64,000 bases of DNA from Mobula hypostoma (Eukaryota). Every line of letters starts with the position of its first letter. Positions within the stretch are counted from its first letter, which is position 1. The notes beneath the pieces are model-generated. The model worked only from the letters and a program-made list of their open reading frames with translations, did no database searches and was not told the DNA's origin. The translations under genes and the position numbers were made by a program. Below are positions 62,886-64,000 of the stretch, piece by piece. The stretch is taken from assembly GCF_963921235.1 (NCBI RefSeq), contig NC_086097.1:32986001-33050000 (forward strand). The letters run 5' to 3'.

Positions 62886-64000
62886 AAGGGATTCAGAGTT
62901 ACAAAGTACAGAAGCAGACTCTTTGACCCAACTGGCCCATGCCAACCAAGCTGCCCATTGTCCCATTTGTCTGTCTGACCTATATCTAAGTCTTGTCTAA
63001 GTCTTTCCTTTCCATGTTCCTATCCAAATGTCTTAAAATTATTTTAATGTATCTGCTTCAATAAAATTTAAACAGAAAATGCAGTAAACACTCAGCAAGT
63101 CAGGCAGCGTCTATGGAAAGAGAAGTGGAGAAAGAAATAGTGTCCATGTCTCAGATTGAAGATACTGCATCAGAACTGGAAAGAGCAGAAATGCAGGTTG
63201 GAAATTGCAGAGAAGATAGTGAAAGGGGTGGATAGGGCTAAGGGAACATTCGTGACAGGATGAGGTCTAAGTTGCTGTGGGATAAGTTGTAAATTTCCTC
63301 CAGCCAATGGATCATGTTGTCAGTTAAAAGTGATACCACAAAGAAGCAATATGTTGCAAAATGCAGAGTAGTCAGTCTGTGCTAATGAATAAAGCCATAG
63401 AGAGTCAAAGGGCAATGCAGCACAGTTACAGATCCTTCAGCCTAACCAGTCAATGCTGACCACATTGTCTACCCAGGTATTCCCAATTTCTTCCCTCAAC
63501 CTGCCTTACTACAGGGCAGCATTGATTCAATACACCTTTTCCTCATAATACATCCTTTGGCTGGGCAGCACTCCCTCAGTTCTGCCCTCTGACAAAGGGA
63601 CATCCCTGGTCAACCCTTTTCTCATTCATTTTCTCTTTCATGTACTTTCTAATTTTTGTATGATTTATTTTCAGATTGTGATGTGTTTGTTGCCCGCCCT
63701 TAATCTGAATTTGAGAAGGTAACGTTGACCCACTTTGCTGTGGTTCAGTAGTCCTTGTGCTGATGATGAGCATATAGTACTGTTTCAGGTAGGGAGTTTC
63801 TGTATCTAGACCAAGTGACAGAGGGAATAGATTACTTCCCTATTTATCCTCTGGAGCAAGTTTAGCTGCCAATGCCCATGACTTGAATGGTGAGTGCCCC
63901 CTCCCTACCAAGAGGAGATATTTTCAGCAAGGGAATTAGTTTAAACATAGTTCATTTATTTTTAGTGATACATCTTTAAATTTAGATAAAATCTTAAAAC

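Noticed and set aside
50051..64000. Next TTLL5 exon (ELYGFD..LKPWLLEVN)
   Set aside because: No matching sequence found by eye; presumably beyond the window end.

Overview
Eukaryotic, repeat-dominated window, most likely from a cartilaginous fish (shark or ray). That assignment is an inference from the CR1/Rex1/Penelope/SINE content, not something the sequence proves. The only host gene I can support is three consecutive + strand coding exons of tubulin polyglutamylase TTLL5 (47444-47545, 49253-49344, 49943-50050), which splice in frame and encode part of the TTL catalytic domain. I found neither the preceding nor the following exon, so the rest of the window appears to be intronic (>47 kb upstream, >13.9 kb downstream). 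These introns are filled with mostly decayed, nested transposable elements: many CR1 LINEs, Rex1/Babar LINEs, two L1-clade elements, an RTE LINE, a CsRn1-like Gypsy element, three solo LTRs, hAT, Tc1 and Tigger-like DNA transposon remnants, tRNA-derived SINEs and Penelope-like elements. The most notable items are a ~1.46-kb head-to-head Penelope inverted repeat with a minimal hammerhead ribozyme in each arm, a Gypsy element with a CHCC Gag knuckle, GGGAAAC slippery site and AT-hook integrase tail, a five-level nested insertion stack, a young 575-bp RTE-related short element, and a candidate poison exon. I see no evidence for a wholly new multi-gene system. Repeat boundaries without TSDs are approximate.
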